From Cyanobacteriota bacterium (GTDB lineage Bacteria; Cyanobacteriota; Cyanobacteriia; Cyanobacteriales; Nostocaceae), in assembly GCA_046045965.1 (NCBI GenBank), contig JBJOKS010000007.1:96001-160000 (forward strand): DNA of 64,000 bases, written 5' to 3'. The translations under genes and the position numbers were made by a program. How positions within the stretch are numbered: the first letter of the stretch is position 1; each line of letters starts with the position of its first letter. Of this stretch, positions 41,122 to 51,800 are shown one piece after another. The notes below the pieces were generated by a model, which made no database searches, was not told where the DNA came from, and saw only the letters and a program-made list of their open reading frames with translations.

Positions 41122-42207
41122 TTACGCAGTTTGACTAAAAGCTTCTGAAAGATACTCTGCTGCTGCTGCTACAACAGCGATCGCATTTTCATAGTCTAAC
41201 CGAGTTGGTCCCAAAACACCTACACTTCCCACCGTTACAGAACCTCGACGATAGCTAGAAGAAATCAAAGAACAAGTCCGAATTGGTTCTAACGGGTTTT
41301 CTGCACCTATACGCACCGTCACCCTGGGTTTACCCATTTCCTCAATTTCTGGTTCTTCACATATTAACCGCCATAATTGTTCTTGTTCTTCTTCCAGCAG
41401 GTGCATAATCGTTTGTACTTGCTGTACTTGGGAAAACTCCGGTTGACGCAACACCTCTCCCACACCCCGCACCATAATTTGTGTCGCCGTGGGAGCAACT
41501 GCACGTTGGAGTAATTCTGTCAAGGAACTTTTTAAGAATTCACCATAGCGTTGAAACTCTTGATCTAACTTACTCCAGTCAAGCTGGGCTAATTCCAACA
41601 GAGTACAACCGCGCAGATGACTATTTAAAAAGTTAGAAACAATTTGTAATTCTCTATCAACTGCTTCTGGATCTGGTTGAGTTGCTGATGATGATGTAAA
41701 CAGATCCATTACCTTGGAATGTGTCTCATAACCATCCGTCACTACTATCAGCATAATTTTTCCGGCTTCGACTTGCAAAAGTTGCAAATGTCTTAACTGT
41801 GCTGTATTAGTTTGAGGCATGGTAATTAAAGTAATGCAGCCGCTTAATGTTGCCAAGATTTGAGCCGCACCTTGTAACAAAGCTTCCAAACTCCAATCAT
41901 CCCAATGTAGGCGCTGTTGTAATGTTGATTCAACCTCTTTAGCTAATATTTCCGACGGTTTCATCAACTTGTCAACATATATACGATAACCCGAATCAGA
42001 AGGTACTCTCCCCGCAGAAGTGTGTGGTTGGTAAAGTAAGCCCGATTTTTCCAAAACACCCATGACATTGCGGATGGTAGCGGAACTGACACCAAGATCA
42101 AATTCCTCAATTAGAGCTTTGGAACCAACAGGCTCTGCTGTAGCTATATAATGGCGTACAGTTGCCCAAAGTATATGCTGTTGTCGATTTGTCAGCTGGA
42201 CTTGCAT
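41122..42207 (-). CDS. hrcA: Heat-inducible transcriptional repressor HrcA
   Basis: [38 protein letters not shown]. Confidence 0.96.
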   Translation of the reverse strand: MQVQLTNRQQHILWATVRHYIATAEPVGSKALIEEFDLGVSSATIRNVMGVLEKSGLLYQPHTSAGRVPSDSGYRIYVDKLMKPSEILAKEVESTLQQRLHWDDWSLEALLQGAAQILATLSGCITLITMPQTNTAQLRHLQLLQVEAGKIMLIVVTDGYETHSKVMDLFTSSSATQPDPEAVDRELQIVSNFLNSHLRGCTLLELAQLDWSKLDQEFQRYGEFLKSSLTELLQRAVAPTATQIMVRGVGEVLRQPEFSQVQQVQTIMHLLEEEQEQLWRLICEEPEIEEMGKPRVTVRIGAENPLEPIRTCSLISSSYRRGSVTVGSVGVLGPTRLDYENAIAVVAAAAEYLSEAFSQTA

Positions 42208-42603
42208 GGTATATGTTTTACTGAAGGCAAATTTTAAACAAAGGTGGACAAAAATCTTGTGGCTGGAACCGCAAAAAAAGATTAATTATTAGTTAATTCA
42301 AGATCGTAAATTATATATTTATACTATATTAGTTGAGTGCAAAGCTTCCCTTGAGAATTTATTTTGTGCGTGATTAATAATACATCATATCTGTTAGCAC
42401 AAAAGAAGATAAATTTTTATCTATTTACTACATTATCTCATAATATTTATTAGCAAAGTTGTATTTTTAAATACAAAATTGTAATTGGATTTCAGTCACA
42501 TTACTGACTAATATCAAGTTGGTAACTGATAAGAATTTGTTACCCCAGTCCCCAGTAAAGAGTCCCCAGTAAAGAGTCCCCAGTCCCCAATCCCTTCCAG
42601 TCC

Positions 42604-42951
42604 CTAATACTGAGGAATTGAAGGATCAACTAATATGGAGTAGGCAGCAATGCCACCCCTAATATTTTTAACGTTTGTAAATCCCTGATCTACTAACCAC
42701 TGACACATCTGAGCAGAACGAATACCGTGATGACATAGCACCATAGTTTCTGCATTGGCATCAAAGCGTGTGGAAATTTCCTGATTCCACTGCTCATATT
42801 CACTCAGCGGAAGGTTGACAAAACCATTGATTTGTGCTAATGCCAGTTCTTGAGGTTCGCGTACATCAATTAATTGTACTTCAGGATCACCTTGTGCTAG
42901 GCGTTGAGCTAGTTGCTGAACGTTAATTTCGCTAAAAGATTGACCAGTCAT
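42604..42951 (-). CDS. Rhodanese-like domain protein
   Basis: LIDVRE, LCHHGIRS, GGIAAY. Confidence 0.92.
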   Translation of the reverse strand: MTGQSFSEINVQQLAQRLAQGDPEVQLIDVREPQELALAQINGFVNLPLSEYEQWNQEISTRFDANAETMVLCHHGIRSAQMCQWLVDQGFTNVKNIRGGIAAYSILVDPSIPQY

Positions 42952-42982
42952 GCAGTTTTTCTAAACAATCCTATACTATTTC

Positions 42983-44701
42983 ATGGTGGCAGAAAAGCGA
43001 GAAAATAGGTTGAATGTGAATAATCAACGCTCCTTCTTTGGTTTCTTGGTAGCTGGTGTTATTGGCCTGCTAATAATTGCTATTGCTGGCTTTTACTGGT
43101 TTTTCGGGAAAAGTCCAGTCAATTTTATTACCTCTACCTCTCAACCAGGGGCAGCAATTTTTGTATCAAAAGTATCACCTGTGATGGTGTCGTTTTTAGT
43201 AAATCCCGAAGGTTTGCAATCAATAGAAAAACAAGGAGAAATTTCTCAACTCAAAAACAGTTTATTGGCAAAAACTAATATAGATTTCAACGATGATATT
43301 AAACCTTGGCTAAATAATGAAATTACATTGGCTGTTACCAGTCAAGATATAGACCGCGACCCAGAAAACGGACTACAACCAGGGTATTTGATGGCACTAT
43401 CTACAAATAACGCTACCAAAAGCCGCGAGTTTGTCGAGTTGTTATTTTCTAAACGGACTTTAGCAGGAACAAATTTAGAAGTTGAACAATACAAAGGTGT
43501 GAAATTACTTTATGATTTTCCAGAAATAGCAACATCCAAAAAAATCCAACATCCCAAATCTAAAATCCAAAATAGTTTAGCTGGTGCGGTTGTTGATAAC
43601 TTTGTTTTGTTTGCTAATGATATCAAAGTAGTGCGAGAAGCTATTAATAATATTCAAGCACCAAACTTGAATTTGAGCAGTTCTCCAGAATATCAAAAAG
43701 CTGTCAAAGAATTACCCAAAAATGCTGTAGCTGTAGCTTTCTTGAATCTGCCGAAAGTAGCACAATGGCAGGGTTTAGAATTGACAGAATCAACCTATAG
43801 TAGCCAAATTCTTTCTTTAGTATTAAATCCCCAAGGATTCTTGGCAGAAAGTACATTTTTAACACAGTCAAAAGTTACTCCTGTATCTACACCATTATCT
43901 AAACCTGTGGGTGCATTGCAGTATATTCCAGAATCAGCAGGTTTAGCAATTGCAGGAGCAAATTTAAGCAATTTACCTAATAGTGATTTAGCCAAACTTT
44001 GGCAACAAGGAACATCAACTATTTATGGTTCTTCCCAAGAAGCTATTGCTCGTTTGTTGCAACCTTTAGTAGATGTACAAAAAAACTGGAGTTTAAACTT
44101 TAGTGAGGATATTTTTAGTTGGGTAACTGGAGAATATGCCTTAGCAATTTTACCAAATCAATTACCCAATCAAGAAAATATAACTTCTAATTGGGTGTTT
44201 GTGGTGGAAAAATCACCGCAGTTAGAACAAGGAATAGCGAAGTTAAATAGCATTGCTATTAACAACGGTTTTAATGTTAGTTCTCTTAACCTCAATAACC
44301 AAAAAATAACAGCTTGGACAGAATTAACAACCACTCAAAAACAAGCATCTGTAAATGTTGAGGCAAAAATTAGAGGGACGCATACAAGCGTTGATAATTA
44401 TGAAATTTTCACCTCAGACTTAGGGATAATGGAAGAAATTCTTACCGATCAAGAACATCCTCTGATGGAAAATTCCAACTTTCAGGATAGTATTGCCAGC
44501 ATCCCCCAACCCAACCACGGTTATGTATATATTGACTGGAAAAAAAGCCAAGGTTTTTTAGAACGTCAGCAACCTTTACTTAAATTTGTGGAACTGTTGG
44601 CTAAACCACTATTTGACAATTTGCGATCGCTTACAGTCAGTAGTTATAGCAGTGAACCAGAAACCCTCAAAGGTGGTATCTTCTTCCAAATGGATCACTA
44701 A
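42983..44701 (+). CDS. DUF3352 domain protein
   Basis: N-terminal TM segment; DIKPWL..EITLAV, DIFSWV.GEYAL. Confidence 0.8.
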   Translation: MVAEKRENRLNVNNQRSFFGFLVAGVIGLLIIAIAGFYWFFGKSPVNFITSTSQPGAAIFVSKVSPVMVSFLVNPEGLQSIEKQGEISQLKNSLLAKTNIDFNDDIKPWLNNEITLAVTSQDIDRDPENGLQPGYLMALSTNNATKSREFVELLFSKRTLAGTNLEVEQYKGVKLLYDFPEIATSKKIQHPKSKIQNSLAGAVVDNFVLFANDIKVVREAINNIQAPNLNLSSSPEYQKAVKELPKNAVAVAFLNLPKVAQWQGLELTESTYSSQILSLVLNPQGFLAESTFLTQSKVTPVSTPLSKPVGALQYIPESAGLAIAGANLSNLPNSDLAKLWQQGTSTIYGSSQEAIARLLQPLVDVQKNWSLNFSEDIFSWVTGEYALAILPNQLPNQENITSNWVFVVEKSPQLEQGIAKLNSIAINNGFNVSSLNLNNQKITAWTELTTTQKQASVNVEAKIRGTHTSVDNYEIFTSDLGIMEEILTDQEHPLMENSNFQDSIASIPQPNHGYVYIDWKKSQGFLERQQPLLKFVELLAKPLFDNLRSLTVSSYSSEPETLKGGIFFQMDH

Positions 44702-44812
44702 ACAAGCACGTTATATCCCCGACTTTTTTGAGTAGTTGGGGATCAGGAAATTTGGATCACCGGAAACAGTGATCACAGCACTACCCATTAGCTATTTTTT
44801 TACATAAGATTA

Positions 44813-44826
44813 GTATATACAGTTAC
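44813..44826 (+). promoter_or_regulatory. Possible NtcA-type site GTA-N8-TAC
   Basis: GTA TATACAGT TAC followed by an A-tract, 23 bp upstream of ATG 44850. Confidence 0.3.
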
Positions 44827-44849
44827 AAAAAACTATTTGGGATTGCGCT

Positions 44850-45338
44850 ATGAAAAATCGTCGCTTTTGGCTTCAATTTCGGTGTAGCTGGCTGTTAGCT
44901 GCAATTACTGCTATGATAGCGACACCTTTAGCAGCCCAGACAGCAAATTTTGGAACTTTGAAACTAGCACCAGGTTTTGAACCGGGACAAGGAATGGCAT
45001 CAGGTTATACAGGGGGTTCTTTCTCATTATCCGCCATGAGTAACCGCGATCGCGATAAAAAAGCCTGTATCGGTTTTGGCGATCCCAAACCTGATCACAT
45101 CCTGGTTTTAGAAAAAGACTTTGATAAATTGACAATATTAATTAACAGCGGTGGTAAAGATACTACTGTCTTTATTAAAGGACCAGATGATGCAACAATT
45201 CGCTGCGGTGATGATACTGGTAGAAGTAAAGATGCGAGTGTGAGCGATCGCAATTGGAAACAAGGCATTTATCAGCTTTGGGTAGGTACATTTAACCCTG
45301 GAGTCAAACATAACTACACTTTAAAAGTCGAGGAATAG
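44850..45338 (+). CDS. Exported hypothetical protein (PPC-like beta domain)
   Basis: Signal peptide; C.GF...PDH.L.L, DT...GP....C.DD, G.Y..WVG. Confidence 0.75.
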   Translation: MKNRRFWLQFRCSWLLAAITAMIATPLAAQTANFGTLKLAPGFEPGQGMASGYTGGSFSLSAMSNRDRDKKACIGFGDPKPDHILVLEKDFDKLTILINSGGKDTTVFIKGPDDATIRCGDDTGRSKDASVSDRNWKQGIYQLWVGTFNPGVKHNYTLKVEE

Positions 45339-45463
45339 GTGACAGGTGACAGGTGACAGTGAATAAGCAGGGGAGCAGGGGAGAAGATTTTTCTCAATTA
45401 CCAATTACCAATTAACGATAAAATAGGAAAGTAGCTTGTTTTGCTTTTTGGGTAATATTCTCG

Positions 45464-46216
45464 ATGCTATCTACACTACGCGCCGACTTTCGCATCATCT
45501 TTGAACGTGATCCAGCAGCCCGGAATTGGTTAGAAGTCTTGTTTTGCTACCCAGGTTTACAAGCCTTAATCTTCCATAGACTAGCTCACTGGCTGCGTGC
45601 TATCGGTATTCCCTTTATCCCCCGTCTAATTTCTCACATCGCTCGGTTTTTAACCGGCATTGAAATTCACCCAGGTGCTGTCATTGGCAAAAGCGTATTT
45701 ATTGACCACGGTATGGGCGTTGTCATTGGTGAGACAGCCATTGTAGGAGACTACGCCCTAATTTATCAAGGCGTTACTCTCGGTGGTACTGGTAAAGAAA
45801 GCGGCAAACGTCACCCTACAGTTGGTGAAAACGTTGTCGTTGGTGCAGGTGCAAAAGTTTTAGGTAATTTGCAAATTGGTAATAATGTCCGCATCGGTGC
45901 AGGTTCAGTAGTGTTAAGAGATGTTCCTTCTAACTGCACAGTTGTAGGCATTCCCGGACGCATTATCTACCGTTCTGGAGTTCGGGTTTCTCCCCTAGAA
46001 CACAACAATTTACCAGACTCAGAAGCAGAAGTAATTCGCACTTTGGTTGACCGCATTGAAGCACTTGAAGAACAAATTCAAAATCTCCAAACTCCCGTAA
46101 AAACTCCGGTTTTAGTCGGTCAATTCATGCAAGAAAATGAATTACCAAAAGAACATAATTTCTGTAATATCAGAGATAAAAAGATTCAGGAATTTTTTGA
46201 TGGTGCAGGAATTTAA
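45464..46216 (+). CDS. cysE: Serine O-acetyltransferase
   Basis: [38 protein letters not shown]. Confidence 0.97.
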   Translation: MLSTLRADFRIIFERDPAARNWLEVLFCYPGLQALIFHRLAHWLRAIGIPFIPRLISHIARFLTGIEIHPGAVIGKSVFIDHGMGVVIGETAIVGDYALIYQGVTLGGTGKESGKRHPTVGENVVVGAGAKVLGNLQIGNNVRIGAGSVVLRDVPSNCTVVGIPGRIIYRSGVRVSPLEHNNLPDSEAEVIRTLVDRIEALEEQIQNLQTPVKTPVLVGQFMQENELPKEHNFCNIRDKKIQEFFDGAGI

Positions 46217-46328
46217 CCAATGTAAGAATTCAGGAGTCAGGAGTCAGAATATTTGTTTGTAGCAGATTTAAACAAATATACAAATCATGAATACAGAATC
46301 AATAACCAAATACCTCAAACAACAGTGA

Positions 46329-46514
46329 ATTCTATTAAACTGGTATATTCCTATTGGTGGTGAAGAGTGTATTCATGGTGTACCTGCGGGTGCAGATGAA
46401 ATGATTGATGCAAAAAATAACTGGACTTTAGGTTGTCCGTCTTTAAAAAATAAAGATGTAGATGAATTATATAAATTTGTCCAGAAAGGTACAGTTGTGG
46501 AAATTTTACCTTAA
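46329..46514 (+). pseudogene. C-terminal remnant of an L,D-transpeptidase (YkuD) gene
   Basis: IGGEECIHGVP...NWTLGCPSLKNKDVDELYKFVQKGTVVEILP*. No start; upstream stop at 46326. Confidence 0.75.
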
Positions 46515-46517
46515 TGT

Positions 46518-47099
46518 TTAAGGATTAATTTCTTGATAATACCAACTTTGATTTTCATCAATTTGATAAAAAGTTCTATTTTGTGGTTCACCCCGCAATT
46601 CTAAATGATCTACTTCTGTAGGTTCAAGTAATAATAAACAAAAATTTTCTACTGGTTCTATATTATCTGGTGCTGGTGGTGTAAACGCTTCTGGTGTTCT
46701 TACTCTCATCTCACCCGGATCAGGCCAAGCAAATTGTAAACGTGCAGCATCACTTAATTCTTGCCACATTTTCATTCTAGCTGCTTGTAAATGTGGATAA
46801 GAATTAGCAGTAATTAAAATTAATTGTCCAGCAATACGAAATTGTTCTCTAGTGTTGGGAAAATACCAGCAAATTTCTGCTGCTGTTTGTTTTGATATTT
46901 GTTCAGCTTTTGCACTGCGAATATCGGTGATGAATTTTAGCTGGTTTGTATCTTCAACAAAACCACGAAAAACTACAGTGCGGTTTGCAGGTAAACCATT
47001 TTCTCGCACGGTTGCAAGTTGTAAATAACGAGAATAAACCAAACTACGGTTTTTGTGTAAAGCGCGAGTAATTAAACTTCTCCAAGGTGCTAGGGACAT
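46518..47099 (-). CDS. Pyridoxamine 5'-phosphate oxidase-type FMN-binding protein (Npun_F5749-like)
   Basis: QLATV...P.NRTVVFRGF, TD.RS.K, EQFRI.G, VDHLELRG.P..R. Confidence 0.88.
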   Translation of the reverse strand: MSLAPWRSLITRALHKNRSLVYSRYLQLATVRENGLPANRTVVFRGFVEDTNQLKFITDIRSAKAEQISKQTAAEICWYFPNTREQFRIAGQLILITANSYPHLQAARMKMWQELSDAARLQFAWPDPGEMRVRTPEAFTPPAPDNIEPVENFCLLLLEPTEVDHLELRGEPQNRTFYQIDENQSWYYQEINP

Positions 47100-47240
47100 T
47101 ATTATTACTGTAATATTTTTGTAATTTGATTTTGATTTGTTTGTTCTATAAGTATAATTTTAAATCTACTTTTTTTGAGATCCCCGACTTTTATTAATAT
47201 TGAATTATTTTGAAAAGTCGGGGTTTTGATCAGTAATAAA

Positions 47241-48101
47241 TTAATCTTGCACTTGACTTAACCAACTTTGTAAATCTTGTAAACTGGTAAAATCTAACAA
47301 CGCTTCCCCAAGATTTTCTAAATTGCTCAAAGATAACTGAGCAATATTATTTTTTGCTTCCTCCGGTAACTCTCCTAAACGTCTATTTAACTGTCGCATA
47401 ACTAAATTTAAAGCACTCTCTTTGAGTCCTTCTTGTCTTCCTTCCTGTCTTCCTTCCTGTTTAATTTCTTGATAAGCGCGACTTCTTTCTAATGAAATTC
47501 CTAACATGACTTGAACCTCCCGCAAAGTCAGATTTTCAAACCTGTACATCATGATTGTAGTAATCATTTCTAAAATCATCTCATTGGATGAATTTTCTTG
47601 ATTACTCTTTGTTAATAAATACCTGGCTGCTGCTGGTGCTTGACTTTCTTTTAAAGTTGTCAGTACCATTAACCCTACCCATACAGGTAATTGTTGAATA
47701 TCTCCCAACTCATCTAAATATATTCTATGCACTTGATCGCCATTAAGCAAAGAACGATGAGGAGAAATATCACTTTGTTCTATATTCCGAGATGGATATA
47801 TTATAACCGCTTGCCAGTCACTAAATCTATTACGGTTACGGTAGAAATATAAGTGAGATTCCGCAAATAATCGCTCATACAGTTGTTCATCTTTCTGAAA
47901 CTGCACCTCGCTAAAATAAACCGTACCTTTTGGTTCATTTTCTGGAGGTAAAAAAACGCCATCAATTTCAAATTTAGGTTCTTTCACCGCTACAGAATCA
48001 AATTTATATAATTCTGCATTTTGGGGTGGGTTTTCCAATAATTGAAATAAGACAGATGGATATTGTTGGAAGAGTTTATAAAAAATAGAGTCTCTACGCA
48101 T
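47241..48101 (-). CDS. Rpn-family (DUF2887) nuclease with C-terminal DUF4351
   Basis: D.IFY.LF, VKE..F.IDGVF, EVQFQ, (EGRQ)n repeats, LE.LGEALLDF..L.DL..WL. Confidence 0.9.
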   Translation of the reverse strand: MRRDSIFYKLFQQYPSVLFQLLENPPQNAELYKFDSVAVKEPKFEIDGVFLPPENEPKGTVYFSEVQFQKDEQLYERLFAESHLYFYRNRNRFSDWQAVIIYPSRNIEQSDISPHRSLLNGDQVHRIYLDELGDIQQLPVWVGLMVLTTLKESQAPAAARYLLTKSNQENSSNEMILEMITTIMMYRFENLTLREVQVMLGISLERSRAYQEIKQEGRQEGRQEGLKESALNLVMRQLNRRLGELPEEAKNNIAQLSLSNLENLGEALLDFTSLQDLQSWLSQVQD

Positions 48102-48298
48102 TAATTAAATTCCCGATTTATTTGGTTAATGAAGGCAAGAGGCTGTTTTTGTAACAACAATTAAATATAAAACTGTTGTATATTTGGTGATAATACAGGA
48201 TATTTTTAAGTATAAAGTGATTTTAGCAATTTTTCATACTATAAATACTAATAGTTACCTCTACCTGTAGGCATCAAAAATTTTTCAACCGCAGAGCT

Positions 48299-48655
48299 AT
48301 GACAATCAAAATAAAATTAATGGCTGATTATGGATGCTACCCATTATGGTGGGCTAGTTTTGATAAAGCTGGAGATATTGATCCAGAAACTATGCCATTA
48401 AGTGAAGAAATTATCAGCCGTTTGGAAAAATGGGCAGATATTTATGATGCAAAGTTGAATTGGGAAGATCCTAGTTCATCAGGTTTTTTTACTTTAGAAG
48501 CAGAAGCAGCTTTTGAACAAGAAGGTATTAGTCTATGGAAACAACTGCAAACAGAACTTGCACCTAATTATGAAGTTGTATATTTCAGTGAGCAATTACG
48601 TAAAGTTGTAACAGATATCAATGAATTAGAATCTTTACTGGCTATCAATGCTTAG
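48299..48655 (+). CDS. Conserved hypothetical protein
   Basis: IKLMADYGCYPLW...LS..L..W...F..EG..L...L..EL pattern. Confidence 0.8.
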   Translation: MTIKIKLMADYGCYPLWWASFDKAGDIDPETMPLSEEIISRLEKWADIYDAKLNWEDPSSSGFFTLEAEAAFEQEGISLWKQLQTELAPNYEVVYFSEQLRKVVTDINELESLLAINA

Positions 48656-48870
48656 TAGTATGATGTATAAGCTTTTTTGATAAAAATGATAGATAAAACT
48701 TTGATAATTTTCAACCCTGGCGCACAGTCAGAGTTTTATACTTAAACTAAAATAAAGTCATAATTGACACAGAATTAGACATAGCGCAAAGTGGCAAAAT
48801 GATCAATCTTCCATCCTCTAACTACTTGGCGTTATAGTCTTAATTTGTTAGTCAGCAACAAGACCTTATT

Positions 48871-51800
48871 ATGGTTCAAGAACTGGAACGTAAACGCCAG
48901 AGTGCATCTTTCCCAGAATCTGCTCCAGCAGCCAATCCTGTATTTTTTAGAACTTACAGCCGTCGTACAGAAGCAGGTTTAAGAGAAAGTTATGATCAAG
49001 TGTGCGATCGCACTCTTAAAGGCTTAGTCGAACTGGGAAAACTCACCCGTGAAGAAGCTGCCCTTTTAGACAAAATGCAGCGCAACATGAAAGCCCTTCC
49101 CAGTGGGCGCTGGATGTGGGTTGGTGGCACAGATTGGTTAACCAAACCCAAAAACTTCTCTGGTGCTTATAACTGCACCTCCACCAACTTGGTAGACTGG
49201 AAAGCCTTCGGTTTAATGATGGACTTGGCCATGATGGGCTGTGGTACAGGTGCTATCATCGAACCACAGTATATTAATCAACTGCCATCTATCCGTAATC
49301 ACCTAAATATAACGATCACAGGTGAAATTGGCAGCACTCCTAAAGAACAACGTCGTGAATTTACACAAACCGATATAGAAGCTAACACCGCTACTATCCA
49401 CGTTGGAGACAGCCGGGAAGGTTGGGTAAAATCCTATCAAACCCTGTTAGAACTCTCCACCGATGAACGCTTTACAGGTGACGTTGAAGTAATTGTAGAT
49501 ATTAGCGACGTGCGCCAATCTGGGGAAACCCTCAAAGGCTTTGGCGGTATGGCTAATCCTGTGAAGTTACCAGGATTGTATCAGCGTTGTGCCTCTATTC
49601 TCAATAAAGCTTTAGGTAGACAATTAAATTCAGTTGAATGCTGTTTGTTAATTGATGAAGCTGCTGTCACAATTGTTGCCGGAAATATCCGTAGAAGCGC
49701 GGGTATGCGTCAGTTCATTGCAGAAGATGAAAAAGGCGCAACTGCAAAAGATAACCTATGGCAACAAGACGCAGAAGGCAACTGGCGCATAGATCCAGAA
49801 CGTGATTCTTTGCGGATGGCCAACCATAGCCGAGTATTTCACCATAAACCCACTCTAGAAGAATCCATTGCAGCCGTTCAAAAGCAATATTACAGTGGTG
49901 AAGGAGCAATTCAATGGGCTGGTGAAGCAGTTGCTAGAGCTAACATTGATTTACTAACTACACCAGAACTGAAAACAGACTTTTTGCAAGCTTACGATCA
50001 AGGAAAAGCCAAAGAATGGATACAAGAACATCACCCAGATATTGATGCTCAAGAATTAGAACATCGTTTGGGTAGATATGGTTTAAATCCTTGTCATGCA
50101 GGTGATACCTTAGTATCTACTAATCAGGGATTAGTACCTATTAAAGATTTAGTTGGTAAACCATTTCAAGCTTTAGTTGACTTGCGTTCTGTAGGATTAG
50201 ATGGAGTCAAATTAACTGATGCGATCGCTTTTCCCACAGGAGTACAAACAACTTATCTCATTACCCTAGCAAATGGCCAGCAAATGAGATGTACTGCTGA
50301 CCATCAACATTTTACCAATCACGGATGGGTAGCAACAAAAGACTTAACATCTGAGCATCATATCTATATCCAAAAAGGTGCGGGATCTTTTGGAGAAGGT
50401 ACAATCACAGTTGAACAAGCACAAATGCTGGGGTGGTGGTATGGAGACGGTTATAATGTCATCATCAAACCACAAAAACATGGTAGAAAAGAATCTCACT
50501 TTGCTAAAGGCTTTGTTTTCAATCCACAAGAATATGATTATGCTTACCCAGTAGTTGGTGGAGCAATCAAATCTATTACTGGCGTAGAATATGTCAGAAA
50601 ACTCCACAAAGGAGTATATGAGTTTAGAACTCAATCACCTTTATTAGAGGAGTTTTTTGGAAACTTAGAAATTGAAAATAAAGACATACTCCCAGTTAAA
50701 TTTCTTACCCAATCTCAAGACGTATTAATTGGATTTGTCCAAGGAATTTTTAGTGCTGATGGTACTGTTGAAAAAAGCTGTCGTCGCATTAAATTGGTTA
50801 ACAAGTCAAAAGCCCTATTGCAACAAATTCAATTAATTCTTTTGCAATTAGGAATTTTAAGCACAGTGCGTTGTGCAAGAAAACCAGGTTACAGAGGAGT
50901 TGTTTACACCACTGCTGACGGTACTCAAAAAATTAGTGCTGATAATGGCTCTTATGCTCTTTGCATTCATTCCTTTGGTTACAAGCTATTTCATCAGTTA
51001 ATAGGTTTTCCACTGTCACCAGCCAAGGAACAAAGACTAGCAGAATGGGATGCTAAACCTTTGCCAAGTTACACAGCAAAAACTATTAACTCCTGCTTTA
51101 CTGCTCAGGTTAATACTGTTGAAGAGTTTGGAGAAGAACCTGTTTATGATCTTCATGTTCCTTTAACTCATTCCTTCATTGCTAATGGTTGTATTACTCA
51201 CAATTGTGGAGAAATCATAGGTGCTGATTTTCACTGCGTAAGTGGTGATACCCTGCTCATCACTAAAGATGGAATGCACAAAATTCAGGATATTGTCGAT
51301 TCTGAAGTTGAAATTTGGAACGGTAAAAACTGGAGTCAAGTTCAACCATTTAAAACTGGTAGTTCTCGCGTTCTCTATCGCGTGCGCTTTGGAGATGGTT
51401 CTTATCTAGATGCAACTGAGTATCACCGCTTCTTTGTTAAAGATAGATTTGGCAAGAATTACAAAGAAGTGCAAACAAAAGACTTGATGGATACCAGTCA
51501 TTATGCTATCCACACAGAACCGTTTACAATTCAGTACGAAGATGGATTAAATGTTGATCTCAACTATGCCTACACTTTAGGAGTAGCTGTTGGAGATGGA
51601 ACAACCGATCAAAAAGATCATGCCAAAGTTAGGTTGTATGAAAAGAAAGCTGCTTTAAATCTCTCAGGAAATAAATCTCCTATCAGAGATTACGATTACT
51701 TACCAACTTTTACAGATGTTACAGATTTAGGTTTTTCTGGAGAATTCTTAAAAAGCCTAAAAACAAATCCAGAAACACTGAACGTCATTGCTAGTTGGAA

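Noticed and set aside
42317..42343. CIRCE operator upstream of hrcA
   Set aside because: Only one near half-site (GAGTGCAAA); the partner half is poor and the spacing is not 9.
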